Assembly: GCF_000027325.1 (NCBI RefSeq)
Contig: NC_000908.2
Span: 180,001 to 212,000 of the forward strand
Length of the DNA stretch: 32,000 bases
From: Mycoplasmoides genitalium G37
GTDB taxonomy: Bacteria > Bacillota_I > Bacilli_A > Mycoplasmatales > Mycoplasmoidaceae
Reading direction: 5' to 3'
Of the stretch, positions 31,444-32,000 are shown piece by piece. How positions within the stretch are numbered: position 1 is the first letter of the stretch; each line of letters opens with the position of its first letter. The position numbers and the translations under genes were made by a program. Below the pieces are notes generated by a model. It was given only the letters and a program-made list of their open reading frames with translations. It did not search any database and was not told the DNA's origin.

Positions 31444-32000
31444 ATGAAATTCAAACTATTTTTTTTATCAAGCAGTGTGTTGGGTCCAATTGCCCTATTT
31501 ACAACTGCTTGTAGTGCTGTTTATAGGTTTGATCAAGTTGATGATGGCAAGATTAAACTAGCAACTGTAACTTCAGCTTCCGCTAGTGGCTCGCTTACTA
31601 CTATCATCAGTAAATATAATTCACAAAAAGATCCTAATGATTATCCAGTGGAACTGGTTTCACTTGATAGTAGGGGCAGTTATTCTAATGGCAAAAAGGA
31701 TCTGCAAGCTAAACTGCTAGCTAAGGATAAAAATAACTTTTATAACCTTACTTTTAACTATAGTGATGTAGTTTCAATCCTCTCAAGAAGCCAGATGGAG
31801 TTGAGCTTTGATACGGTTGATACTAGTAATTTTGATCCTAGTTTTCTTAGTTTTAACAATAATATTTCCAATGTTAATCCAAATAGCATCTATGCTTTAC
31901 CTGCTACTGTATCAGGTGAAGTTTTAGTTTTAAATGGACCGGTGTTACATTACATTTTAAGTAGTGCTAAAAAAGATAGTAACACCACCCTTTCAACCCA
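31444..32000 (+). CDS. Lipoprotein, 5' part (MG185-like; runs off the window)
   Basis: ATG 31444: [46 protein letters not shown]..., lipobox TTAC, open to the window end. Confidence 0.85.

Overview
This is a 32 kb, gene-dense, AT-rich, entirely plus-strand segment of a mycoplasma chromosome. Gene order and protein sequence match Mycoplasma (Mycoplasmoides) genitalium, approximately the nusA (MG141) to MG185 region; that assignment is from recall, with no search run. TGA encodes tryptophan (genetic code 4), so the supplied ORF track splits roughly 20 real genes and misses three (MG149.1-like, rpmJ, and the truncated lipoprotein at the right edge). Recoding TGA gives a continuous layout: nusA(partial)-ylxR/rnpM-infB-rbfA-MG144-like-ribF-CorC-like-MG147-like-DUF2130-like-His-rich lipoprotein-small membrane protein; then the S10/spc/alpha ribosomal superoperon (rpsJ to rplQ, with secY, adk, map, infA, rpoA); then ecfA1-ecfA2-ecfT-truA-pepF, an adenine-specific methyltransferase, and a lipoprotein that runs off the window. 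I see no CRISPR array, prophage, transposon, rRNA or tRNA, and no convincing undescribed multi-gene system. The items most worth follow-up are: (a) the His-rich lipoprotein gene with a palindrome next to a TATAAT box, followed by a perfect-stem terminator-like hairpin; (b) a coiled-coil protein with a PD-(D/E)XK-like signature; (c) an orphan membrane protein resembling an ECF S component near ribF; (d) long low-complexity extensions on ribosomal proteins, especially a 200-aa L29 encoded by exact 42-bp repeats; (e) a ~130-aa insert in EcfT; (f) absence of rpmD from the spc cluster.
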